From NCBI GenBank assembly GCA_022841645.1, contig JALHRC010000001.1, positions 33,346-97,345 on the forward strand: a stretch of 64,000 nt of DNA, read 5' to 3'. Numbering within the stretch: position 1 is the stretch's first letter; each line of letters opens with the position of its first letter. The notes below the pieces were generated by a model. That model did not search any database and was not told where the DNA came from. It saw only the letters and a list, made by a program, of their open reading frames with translations. This stretch comes from Minisyncoccota bacterium (GTDB lineage: Bacteria; Patescibacteriota; Minisyncoccia; Phycocordibacterales; UBA918). Position numbers and translations under genes: made by a program. This document shows, piece by piece, positions 52,481 through 60,939 of the stretch.

Positions 52481-53215
52481 TTATACTTCGGGCTGAAAGT
52501 TATTACGGCTCCAGTTCCATAAAATTGGATGGAGCGTAATCGGGGCAATGCCGGTATTTTGAAGAAGGGTAAACCACGCCGCCGCTACCTCTTCAGGAGA
52601 AGCTCCAGCTGGTACAAGACCAAGGTGTACTGAACACTGCTGTACGTGCGTGTCGGGAATAATTGAAAGTTGCTCTTTGTTCTGCAACGGTATGTCGGTG
52701 TAATGGTGGAGAATGTACAGCCAGTAATTGGCCATTTTGCCGCCATTTAGGTAGGGAAAGTCGACCTTGTGTTCACGCAAATAAGGAATAACACTCGGGA
52801 CATCGTAGTGGTGTGTTTTCAGAAGTAAGCGTGGGTCACTGTGCCAGTCGCGGTGGAGTGTGGTGCATAGCCGATGCCAGATGGCGGTATGTTTGTTCTC
52901 TTGTAGTGAGAGCTTGTGTTTCCGTAGGTCACTGCGCAGTTTTTCGTATGGTGCAGCGACGACGAGCTCAGGAAAAAACACATAGTTCGTTTCCGGATCT
53001 TCCCACGTGGCGAGCGCCGCCCGCCATAGAGCGGGGCTTTGACGTTGAAAGTTGAGCGCTGGTGCAAGAGTAAAATACAAGTAACGTTCGCGACTATCCC
53101 GCGGCAGGTCTGGATGTACTTCATGTTCGTGTTCACGCGGGATAGCGCCGGCATCCCAGAGTGCCATCAGTTTTTTAACTTTTGCGAGTGGTAAGTCGTT
53201 CATGGCTTCTGGCAT
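52481..53215 (-). CDS. Hypothetical protein embedded in fpg-X-ung operon (possible DNA-repair glycosylase/accessory; family not recognised)
   Basis: 244 aa, Trp/His-rich, with no motif I can assign by eye. Overlaps the fpg 3' end by 16 nt and has slightly lower G+C than its neighbours. Confidence 0.45.
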   Translation of the reverse strand: MPEAMNDLPLAKVKKLMALWDAGAIPREHEHEVHPDLPRDSRERYLYFTLAPALNFQRQSPALWRAALATWEDPETNYVFFPELVVAAPYEKLRSDLRKHKLSLQENKHTAIWHRLCTTLHRDWHSDPRLLLKTHHYDVPSVIPYLREHKVDFPYLNGGKMANYWLYILHHYTDIPLQNKEQLSIIPDTHVQQCSVHLGLVPAGASPEEVAAAWFTLLQNTGIAPITLHPILWNWSRNNFQPEV

Positions 53216-54060
53216 TTAGGGCAATAATGGGTGCCGCGGCCGGCGCAGCGGATCTTTACAATGTTGGTGCCACATACCGCGCAGGGAGTATTTTGTTTGC
53301 CAAAGACACGCAGGTAGTCAGAGAAGTTGCCCTTCTCGCCGCCCGTGTCGGCAAAATGTTGGAAGGTGGTGCCGCCGACAGCGATTGATTCCGAAAGTAC
53401 GTCGCGGGCAGCCACCGCCACGAGGCGCAGGCGTGGCAGTGAAAGGGAAGTACCTAAGCTCGTAGGGCGTACCCCGGCGCGAAAAAGCGCTTCGTCGACG
53501 TAGATGTTCCCGAGGCCCGCGATGAATGACTGGTCGAGGAGAATGGCCTTGATGGGTGTGCGACGCTTTTTGGCACCGCGTACAAATGCTTCCACATCAA
53601 ACGTGTCGCTGATCGGTTCGGGGCCAAAGGCGGCGCGCGCTTCCTCTACCTCGCGTGGACTCGCGAGTTTGGTGTAGCCAAAAAGCCGCATGTCGTTGAA
53701 GTAGAGGGTGCTGCCGCCCTCCAAGTGAAAAGCCACGCGCGTGTGCTTACTTGGCAGTGTGGTGTCGATGGGGGAGAGGGTGTGCCCGCCACCCGACACT
53801 TTCCCCTTGTCTACATAGAGAAACTGCCCGGTCATCTTAAGGTGCGCGAGGAGGTGGTGCGCGGAGTCTTGAAAAGACACAATAAGCAGCTTTCCTACGC
53901 GGTCGATGTCAGCGATGGTAAGTCCTTTGAGTTTTCGGCCAATGGCGCGATCGTGTGCGACAGTTTTGGGGTGAAAAACCTCTACGCAGGCGATAGTTTT
54001 GCCGCGTACTTTCTGTCGTAACTGTAGGCGCACCGTCTCGACTTCGGGTAGTTCGGGCAT
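53200..54060 (-). CDS. mutM: Formamidopyrimidine-DNA glycosylase (Fpg/MutM)
   Basis: MPELPEVETVRLQL, the N-terminal catalytic Pro2/Glu3; a H2TH region; a C-terminal zinc finger CAVCGTNIVKIRCAGRGTHYCPKCQ. Confidence 0.9.
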   Translation of the reverse strand: MPELPEVETVRLQLRQKVRGKTIACVEVFHPKTVAHDRAIGRKLKGLTIADIDRVGKLLIVSFQDSAHHLLAHLKMTGQFLYVDKGKVSGGGHTLSPIDTTLPSKHTRVAFHLEGGSTLYFNDMRLFGYTKLASPREVEEARAAFGPEPISDTFDVEAFVRGAKKRRTPIKAILLDQSFIAGLGNIYVDEALFRAGVRPTSLGTSLSLPRLRLVAVAARDVLSESIAVGGTTFQHFADTGGEKGNFSDYLRVFGKQNTPCAVCGTNIVKIRCAGRGTHYCPKCQKP

Positions 54061-54193
54061 AGGGAAGTGGGGTCATTCTAGCACTCAAAGAGGTGGGTGT
54101 CGTGCCTAGGGCAGGCCAGAGTAGCCTTGTTTTTAGCCATGCCCACGGGCTTTGGGCGAGGGGCTTGACAGTAAGGCATATATATTGACAAAT

Positions 54194-54222
54194 CGAATAG
54201 AATTTGCTATACTATATGTGTA
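54194..54222 (+). promoter_or_regulatory. Consensus sigma70 promoter (TTGACA-17-TATACT) with no ORF for ~400 nt downstream
   Basis: TTGACA at 54194-54199 and TATACT at 54217-54222. A second TTGACA lies at 54174-54179. The region 54061..54632 is A+T-rich and lacks ORFs of 60 aa or more. Confidence 0.5.
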
Positions 54223-54534
54223 GAGTTCCTCCTTAGGTACGTGACTTGGGTTACTACCTCGTTCTCCAGAATAGTAAGCGTTGTGTCGAAAACGACAAGT
54301 GTACTTTGTTAGTTTTCGGTAGAACGCTCACTGGATGGTGAGAACGGTTCTTTGACTTTGACGTAAATAAAAAGAAATCAGGACTTCCGAGAAGCTTTCT
54401 TGTCCCATCTACGGCGTTGCCTGCGTCGCAAAAACATTCACTGTACGTCTAGTACAGCTTATGCTTTTGCTCCTGGGCGCCTTGTAGCTAGAACAATAAA
54501 TCTTCTCTTAAAACAGAATCTAGCGAGCGAATTG

Positions 54535-54596
54535 CGGCGACCGAGGTGTTTGGGTGATGTGGTGTTTCTATACCACCTCGCCACCTCGGTCGCCGC
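54535..54596 (+). promoter_or_regulatory. 15-bp perfect inverted repeat hairpin immediately upstream of the lipoprotein gene RBS
   Basis: gcggcgaccgaggtg ...32 nt... cacctcggtcgccgc. The RBS gaagggaga lies at ~54618 and the ATG at 54633. Confidence 0.4.
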
Positions 54597-54632
54597 GATC
54601 CTGCGGCACCAATTCCCTGAAGGGAGAACGCC

Positions 54633-55205
54633 ATGCGCGTGCTTCGTAACTTGGGCGCCTGCTTGGCGCTCCTCCTCTCGCTCGTCGCCTGCGCTACCAC
54701 CCAGACCGGTGGAGCGCAGTGGGCCGGCCTCGACGCGGACCGCTGGGGCGGGGTTCTCTGGATCAAGGAGACCACCCGTACCCGCCAGATGATGGCGGGT
54801 CTCACCGGGGCGCAGCGGTTCGCGCAGCTCTATGCGGCGATCAATCCGCGTACGCCCGCCGATCGCATCAGCGGCGTCGAGCCGGGTCGGAACGGACCGG
54901 TCACCATGACCATCCGTTCCGGTCCCACCGTCCACTGGCGGGGTGAGGGGCAGATCGACAATGGCATCGCGCGAGTGCGCGTGCCGGCGGGGACGAGGAT
55001 TCCCTCGACTGCGTCCCTCTGCGCCGTCTTCCCGACGACGCTCGGCCCGAACAATCAGGTTAGCCCGCGTGAAGATATCGTGGCGAGAGGCGAAGAGGGT
55101 CGAACGGCCTGCCTCGATGGGCGGATCTTCGACTACTTCGTCAACCAGAGCCGCGGTCGGCGAGCGGAGGACGGCCTGGCCGTCCTTGGCTTCGAAAGGA
55201 GCTGA
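54633..55205 (+). CDS. Lipoprotein of unknown function (G+C-rich islet)
   Basis: Signal peptide with lipobox LLLSLVAC; 190 aa. Codon usage is strongly GC3-biased, unlike the core genes. Confidence 0.55.
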   Translation: MRVLRNLGACLALLLSLVACATTQTGGAQWAGLDADRWGGVLWIKETTRTRQMMAGLTGAQRFAQLYAAINPRTPADRISGVEPGRNGPVTMTIRSGPTVHWRGEGQIDNGIARVRVPAGTRIPSTASLCAVFPTTLGPNNQVSPREDIVARGEEGRTACLDGRIFDYFVNQSRGRRAEDGLAVLGFERS

Positions 55206-55207
55206 GG

Positions 55208-55783
55208 ATGATCAAGCGTCGTTCTATCATCTTCGCTGCCGGAGCGAGCTTGCTCGCTCCGGCGGTGGCCACAGCCCGTCAGTCGCGTTCGAACTACGAG
55301 CCGGTCTGGTGGAATGCCACCACCGGCGTCTCCGAGTGGCGGCAGCTGGGTGCGCGACCGCAGCGGGAGACCGCGACGTTTGCGCAGTTCCTTGCCATGC
55401 CGCGCGTGCGTCGGGCTCTCTCCGAGAACCCGACCACAGCGGCAGTGCGGGCAGCGGCACTGGGTGCGGAGATGGGGCGTGTGAAGCGGGAACATCCCCG
55501 CGGCAATGTTCATCTCTTCCAGCACCAGCGGTTCGACATCATGGGCTTCGCCGCCCCGCGCGGTAGCCAGAGTGGTGTCGCTTCGCTGGCCACCAACGTC
55601 CTCCTGACCGCTTCGCTCGACGGTGTCAACACCGCGGGTTGGGTGGTCAACGAGTACTGGAGCGGTGGTGGTGTTCAGGCTGCCGAGTGGGCTGTCTGTG
55701 GCAACTCCACCCTCGACGGTCACGGCTCCACACTCCCATGCGAGTGCGTCCCTCGGCTGGGTGACTTCTGCCCACAGTCCTGA
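55208..55783 (+). CDS. Secreted protein of unknown function (G+C-rich islet; possible Tat-type signal)
   Basis: MIKRRSIIFAAGASLLAPAVATA signal (RR motif); 191 aa. Starts 3 nt after the lipoprotein gene. Confidence 0.5.
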   Translation: MIKRRSIIFAAGASLLAPAVATARQSRSNYEPVWWNATTGVSEWRQLGARPQRETATFAQFLAMPRVRRALSENPTTAAVRAAALGAEMGRVKREHPRGNVHLFQHQRFDIMGFAAPRGSQSGVASLATNVLLTASLDGVNTAGWVVNEYWSGGGVQAAEWAVCGNSTLDGHGSTLPCECVPRLGDFCPQS

Positions 55784-55904
55784 TCGGTGTTGGCCGTCGC
55801 GTTACAGATGTTTCGCGACGGCTCCACCACCTTTTTATTTTTATTATTCTCGCGTACATGGTGTAGGTGAGAATAACTGAAATAAAAATAATTATTTATT
55901 GACT

Positions 55905-57200
55905 ATGCAAATCTTTATCAAAGGTACTTTAATTGCGGTTGTGGCCATTGGAGTTTTCTCTTCAGTAGTGGTTTTCGACCTGCAACAGCACGCTGGCTAC
56001 CTTACTTCCACAGTAGCCGCTTTCGGTGAAGGTGGTAATGATGGTGGTGGTGGTAATGACGGCGGTAGTAACGGTGGTGATGGTGGTAATGATGGTTGTG
56101 GTGGTTGTAATCCTGCACCTGCTGACCCGGGAGGCGGCGGCACCACTAACCCCCCTTCAAACGAAAACGGTGGTGATATTCCACCCCCTCCACCCCCGCA
56201 GCCTCCGGCAAACATCCCGCCCGTGTGTACCTTACAGGCAAACCTTACCTCAATCGTGCGGGGTAACAGCGCAGTCCTCACCTGGACCATGAGTGCCGAC
56301 ACCACCGGTGCGACGCTCAATGGCGCTTTCCTGGCCGTCGGAAATGGTTCACAGACGGTCTCTCCGACTGAGACTATTACCTACACCATATTAGTAACCG
56401 ATGGCGAACTCTCTTCTACGTGTGCCGCTACGGTAACGGTTACTACCACTCCCACTACACCGACCTTCACGTGTGAAAACAACGTGACCTTGAGCGTTAG
56501 TCCAACCCGTATCACGCGTGGCAATAGTGCAACAATTTCCTGGAACGTTACGGGTGCAACCAGTGTGTCGATCGATAATGGGGTGGTGACCAATAATGCC
56601 CGTTCTGGATCGGCAGCCGTGTCGCCTAGCGACAGCACCACCTATACACTTACCGCAGTGAAGGGTGCTACTACCATTACCTGCGCGGTAACGCTTACTG
56701 TAGAGAGTGGTGGCGGAGGTGGGGGTGGTGGCGGTTCTTCTACTCCCCGCTGTGAGCTCACGGCGTCTGACCGCACTATTCGCTCGGGCGACCGGGTCAC
56801 CCTCCGTTGGGAGACGTCACGCGCTACCTTTGTCGAAATTCGCGACAATCGTAACAATGTGATTGTGACCACCCGCGGCAAGCTTGGTCGCGATAAGGAA
56901 GAGCTGTATGACGGCAGCATTACCGTGCGTCCAGCCCGCGATACCACTTATACCCTCACGGCAGAACGTGGTAGTCGTGATCGTGAATGTACGGTAAAGA
57001 TCGATGTGAGTGACGACGTTACGGTAATCCGTGATCAACAGCCACTCGTGGTCAGTATCCCACTTTCCTCACTACCGTACACTGGTGTTGACGCAAAGAC
57101 GGCGATGCAGCTCTCGATATTGGCACTCCTTGTAGCATGGGCCGGGTACCTCGCGTACACCTTCTACCGCCGCGACAAGTTGGCAGTAGTGAAGCGCTAA
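55905..57200 (+). CDS. Sortase-anchored (LPxTG-type) surface protein with three Cys-bracketed Ig-like repeats
   Basis: N-terminal TM/signal; a Gly/Asn/Asp-rich tract and P9 linker. Three ~85-aa repeats (C..L..(R)GNSA.L.W.......TYTLTA..G....C..T..V). C-terminal LPYTG + hydrophobic helix + RRDK tail is the classic sorting signal. Confidence 0.75.
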   Translation: MQIFIKGTLIAVVAIGVFSSVVVFDLQQHAGYLTSTVAAFGEGGNDGGGGNDGGSNGGDGGNDGCGGCNPAPADPGGGGTTNPPSNENGGDIPPPPPPQPPANIPPVCTLQANLTSIVRGNSAVLTWTMSADTTGATLNGAFLAVGNGSQTVSPTETITYTILVTDGELSSTCAATVTVTTTPTTPTFTCENNVTLSVSPTRITRGNSATISWNVTGATSVSIDNGVVTNNARSGSAAVSPSDSTTYTLTAVKGATTITCAVTLTVESGGGGGGGGGSSTPRCELTASDRTIRSGDRVTLRWETSRATFVEIRDNRNNVIVTTRGKLGRDKEELYDGSITVRPARDTTYTLTAERGSRDRECTVKIDVSDDVTVIRDQQPLVVSIPLSSLPYTGVDAKTAMQLSILALLVAWAGYLAYTFYRRDKLAVVKR

Positions 57201-57227
57201 GGAAGTCAAAACGAGCAAATAAACAAC

Positions 57228-57268
57228 AAAGCCGCGGCCCCCACTATGGGGGCCGCGGCTTTGTCTTA
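57228..57268. terminator. Bidirectional rho-independent terminator
   Basis: aaagccgcggccccc-acta-tgggggccgcggcttt followed by gtcttat. Confidence 0.7.
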
Positions 57269-57356
57269 TGAGTTTCCATGAGGAAACCCCACCCGAGGGA
57301 TACGGGTGGGGTGTGTGGTAGACGGACGACACAAGTGCGTCGTCCGTCTACCACCG

Positions 57357-57896
57357 TTAACGCCTGGCCTCGGCCACTTCATCATGCCCACCATTTTCAT
57401 CGAGGGCACGCAAGGCCGCGAGTTCGCTGCGTACCCGTTCCTCCCCGGCGTAGTGCCAGCAGCGGCGTGACATATTCCAGTCAGAGAGTGGATGCTGGCG
57501 AGCCCGGAGGCGGGCACGCACGAGCGAGTACGCTACCTCAAGATAGTCGTCCAGGTTGTCGCGGGGACGTAGGCCACGCCTTTCTGCGGCATCAAGGTGT
57601 CGGCCGATAAGCTGAAGCACGCCATAGCCGCCCGGCTTACGAACATTATGTGTCAGTCGACCGTCCGGCAGGCGGTGCGCAAAACCAGTCACCTCGCAGG
57701 CGGCGACGCGCACCATCTCCGTCCCAATTTCAGGGGTAGGGGCGCGAGCACGGATAAGCTCAATGACGAGCTCGGCACGCTCAAGTAGCTGTGGGGGTAA
57801 ATTGTGTGGACTCAAGGCCCAGGCGCTCTTCGCTGCGCTCGCTGCTACCAAATTGGCGGCGATGAGTGCGGCGACGAGAAGTGTTTTTTTGAACAT
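57357..57896 (-). CDS. Secreted protein, possibly lytic-transglycosylase (SLT)-like (G+C-rich islet)
   Basis: Signal peptide MFKKTLLVAALIAANLVAASA. Has ..ACEVTGF.. followed by GGYGVLQL, reminiscent of the SLT catalytic Glu and GLMQ motifs. Weak assignment. Confidence 0.4.
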   Translation of the reverse strand: MFKKTLLVAALIAANLVAASAAKSAWALSPHNLPPQLLERAELVIELIRARAPTPEIGTEMVRVAACEVTGFAHRLPDGRLTHNVRKPGGYGVLQLIGRHLDAAERRGLRPRDNLDDYLEVAYSLVRARLRARQHPLSDWNMSRRCWHYAGEERVRSELAALRALDENGGHDEVAEARR

Positions 57897-58088
57897 GGTC
57901 CTCTCTCACGAACGAGCGTGAACGGACCTCCCTGTGTGTTTTTTGAGTGGCTCGCTTTTACAAGCGGGCCCATTTTTGTACTTCCATAGCGTATGACGGA
58001 TGAAACTGACATTTCTTTCATGCAGTAGAAATATAGCGAGCCCCCGCCGCGGCGCGAGCCGGGGCGGGGGTACGTCGGTTGAAGAACT

Positions 58089-58457
58089 TCAGGCGGCCTG
58101 GCGCTCCTTCTTGCGCGCGGCCTGCTCGGCGGTGGCCATGATGGACTTCATGTCGCGGAGGTACGCTGCGCCCTTGAGCGTCCGCTGCACGAGCATGCTG
58201 CGACGGTCCGTCGGGTCCACCTTGCGACGGGCGAGGTCGAGCTCGCCGAGCCGATCGAGCGCCCTCGTGATCGCCGGTTTCGAGACGTTCAGCTTCGCCG
58301 CGAGGCCGCGCACCGTGTGCGGCCCTCCCTCGAGATAGACGGTGAGGAACACGCCGAGCTGGCGGGCCGAGAGATCGGGCCCGTCGCGGCGCACCAGCGC
58401 GACCACGGTGTCGCGGAGGATACCCACCAGCTCGTCGGGATTGGATTGATTGGCCAT
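58089..58457 (-). CDS. MarR-family transcriptional regulator (G+C-rich islet)
   Basis: Winged HTH: LTRRQLGVFLTVYLEGGPHTVRGLAAKLNVSKPAITRALDRLGELDLARRKVDPTDRR. Confidence 0.8.
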   Translation of the reverse strand: MANQSNPDELVGILRDTVVALVRRDGPDLSARQLGVFLTVYLEGGPHTVRGLAAKLNVSKPAITRALDRLGELDLARRKVDPTDRRSMLVQRTLKGAAYLRDMKSIMATAEQAARKKERQAA

Positions 58458-58588
58458 CGTTGGCCTCCTATGAAAAAGGCGGAGGATACCACCATACTTA
58501 GATAGTAAACTATACTTGCTAAACTGTCAATAGTATGTTGGGCCGCGGACACGTAGTGTCCGCGGCCTTTTTCGGGTAGTATGGCGGC

Positions 58589-59434
58589 ATGTCGTGGCGT
58601 CGCTACCTTAGTATTTCCCGCCCTCGTTTTTGGCTGTATGAGCTTGGCACGTTCGCGTTGGGTGTGCTTTTAGCCTATCCATTTGCTCCCGAGGTTTCCT
58701 TCACCCTGATCGCGCTTTTTGCGCTGTACTTTCTATTTCCGGGAAATCTTCTCATTTACGGTATTAATGATGTTTACGATTACGAAACTGATCTACGCAA
58801 TCCAAAAAAGACCGGATATGAAGACGTACTTCAGCCCGCACTACACATACCAGTGCTGCGGATGGTAGCGCTCACCACTGCTCCGTTTGTGCTTCTCTCG
58901 CTCACGCTCCCGCACTCGGCGCTCGTCTCGTTCCTCGTTTTTATATTTTTTGCTGTTTTTTACTCGATGCCGCCAGTACGTGCCAAAGCGCGGCCTGGGC
59001 TCGATAGTCTCTTTTCCGCCGGGCATTATGTAGCAACGGGTGTGTTTGGCTTCTATCTTGCCGGTGGTACGGGTGACGTAACACTGCTCGTCCTGGCCGG
59101 TATGCTGTGGGCTACTGCGATGCACGCCTACTCGGCAGTGCCTGATATCGAAGCCGATACGGCAGCGGGGCTCGCCACCGTCGCTACGTTTCTTGGTAAA
59201 TCACGTACGATTATTGTCTGCGCTCTCCTTTACCTCGCCGCGTGGGTGACACTCTATTTGTGGCTCGAAGATATGGCACTCCTCCTCGCGCTGCCGTATC
59301 TCGCAGTGATGGCGGCATCGCTACGAGCGACGCCTGAGCGCCTATGGCAACTGTATACCTACTTTCCCTGGCTTAATACGGTGGTCGGTATGGTTTTGGT
59401 GCTCACCTTGTTGCACCTCAAAGGATTCTTTTAA
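58589..59434 (+). CDS. UbiA-family prenyltransferase, lycopene-elongase-like (CrtEb/LyeJ-type) by context
   Basis: 8 TM helices and Asp-rich motif NDVYDYETD. Convergent with, and overlapping, the crtI 3' end. Confidence 0.65.
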   Translation: MSWRRYLSISRPRFWLYELGTFALGVLLAYPFAPEVSFTLIALFALYFLFPGNLLIYGINDVYDYETDLRNPKKTGYEDVLQPALHIPVLRMVALTTAPFVLLSLTLPHSALVSFLVFIFFAVFYSMPPVRAKARPGLDSLFSAGHYVATGVFGFYLAGGTGDVTLLVLAGMLWATAMHAYSAVPDIEADTAAGLATVATFLGKSRTIIVCALLYLAAWVTLYLWLEDMALLLALPYLAVMAASLRATPERLWQLYTYFPWLNTVVGMVLVLTLLHLKGFF

Positions 59435-60939
59435 AGCGACGTTAAGGGATGGGGGGTAGTGATGCCCATAATGCGCTTATAGACATTTTGAGCGGAGATA
59501 ACACAGATCGGCATACCAATGCCGGGGTTTTGGTAGGAGCCGACGAAGTAGAGGTTTTTGACTTTCTTCGATACGTTGTTGGGGCGCCAGAGCGCCGATT
59601 GTCCGAGGGTATGCGCCAGGCCAAGGGCGGTGCCTTTAAAGCTGTGGTAGTCAAGTGAAAAATCTTCGGCACAGTAGATACGTTCGTAGTCGAGGTTGGT
59701 TCGTAGTCCGGTTAGGCCGAGACGTGTTTCCAGGATACTAAGGGTACGGTCGGCCCAGGCGCGCTTTTTGCTTTCGTCGTAGGTGACGCCGGCGGAAAGC
59801 GGTACGAGGACAAAGAGATTTTCGTGGCCAGGCGGAGCGACGTTTCTGTCGCTTTTACTGGGAGCACAGACGTAGATGGATGGGTCGGTGGGGAAGTCGT
59901 CGTGGTTAAAAATCTCCTTAAAGTTTTGTTCCCAGTTTTCGGTAAAGAGGAGGTTGTGGTGGGTGAGGTTTTCAAACTGCTTTTTAACCCCCAGGTACAT
60001 AATAAACGCACTCGGCGCCAGGGTACGTTTGTTCCAGTAGCGCTCACTATGGTCGCGCTCTTGCGGTGCCAAGAGAGCCGTTTCGGTATGGTGGAGATCG
60101 GCATTACTGACTACTAGGTCAGCGTGCTGTACGGTACCGTTTTCTAGTTCAACACCCACCGCCTGACCGTTTTCGGTAACGATGCGGCGCACGGGGGCGT
60201 GGTAGTGGAAGTGCACGCCGCATTTCTCGGCCAGCTTCCCGATAGCTTTTGGTAGTTCGCCAATGCCACCGTCGGGGTACCAGATACCAAGGTCGAAGTC
60301 GACATGATTCATGAGGCGGTACATACCGGGTGCGTCTTTAGGTGCGGTGCCAAGGAGTACCATCTGAAAGAGCATCACCTTGCGCAATAGTTCACTCGTA
60401 AAGGTGCGGTGAATAATCCGCTCCATGCTATTTAATATCTCGAGCTTGCGTCCCTCACGCATGACGCGTTTGTTAAAAAAGTCGAAAATGGAGTCGTAGT
60501 TTTTGTAGATAAACTCGTGTTTGGCAATACCATACTGGCGCGCTGATTCATCAAGATAATCAATCAGTTTTTTGCCTGCTCCGGGTTCGATGGCGTCAAA
60601 TACAGCAGCATTACGCGCGCGGTCAGCAAAGAAATCATGATGTTCGCCGGTTGAACCGAGAAAGACGCGGTAGGAAGGAGCCAGTTTTTTTAGGGTGAGG
60701 TAGTCGTGAATATTTTCACCCATCAAGGTAAAGAAATGTTCAAAAACGTCCGGCATCATGTACCACGATGGGCCCATGTCAAAGGTATAGCCGTGGTCGC
60801 TAAAGACGCGCGCTCGGCCGCCAATTGATTCGTTTTTTTCGTAGACGTCGACAGTGCAGCCCTGCTTTCCGAGCATAGCGGCGAGCGAAATACCACCAAA
60901 GCCGGCACCGATAATAATGGCGGATTTACGAGCTGACAT
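59431..60939 (-). CDS. crtI: Phytoene desaturase
   Basis: N-terminal Rossmann AIIIGAGFGGISLAAML...VYEKNESIGGRA and a CrtI-family C-terminus. Confidence 0.85.
   Translation of the reverse strand: MSARKSAIIIGAGFGGISLAAMLGKQGCTVDVYEKNESIGGRARVFSDHGYTFDMGPSWYMMPDVFEHFFTLMGENIHDYLTLKKLAPSYRVFLGSTGEHHDFFADRARNAAVFDAIEPGAGKKLIDYLDESARQYGIAKHEFIYKNYDSIFDFFNKRVMREGRKLEILNSMERIIHRTFTSELLRKVMLFQMVLLGTAPKDAPGMYRLMNHVDFDLGIWYPDGGIGELPKAIGKLAEKCGVHFHYHAPVRRIVTENGQAVGVELENGTVQHADLVVSNADLHHTETALLAPQERDHSERYWNKRTLAPSAFIMYLGVKKQFENLTHHNLLFTENWEQNFKEIFNHDDFPTDPSIYVCAPSKSDRNVAPPGHENLFVLVPLSAGVTYDESKKRAWADRTLSILETRLGLTGLRTNLDYERIYCAEDFSLDYHSFKGTALGLAHTLGQSALWRPNNVSKKVKNLYFVGSYQNPGIGMPICVISAQNVYKRIMGITTPHPLTSL

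Noticed and set aside
56026-56292. 88-aa ORF (MKVVMMVVVVM...) overlapping the LPxTG gene
   Set aside because: Produced by reading the GGT/GAT-rich Gly/Asn/Asp tract out of frame. Homopolymeric V/M composition; not a gene.
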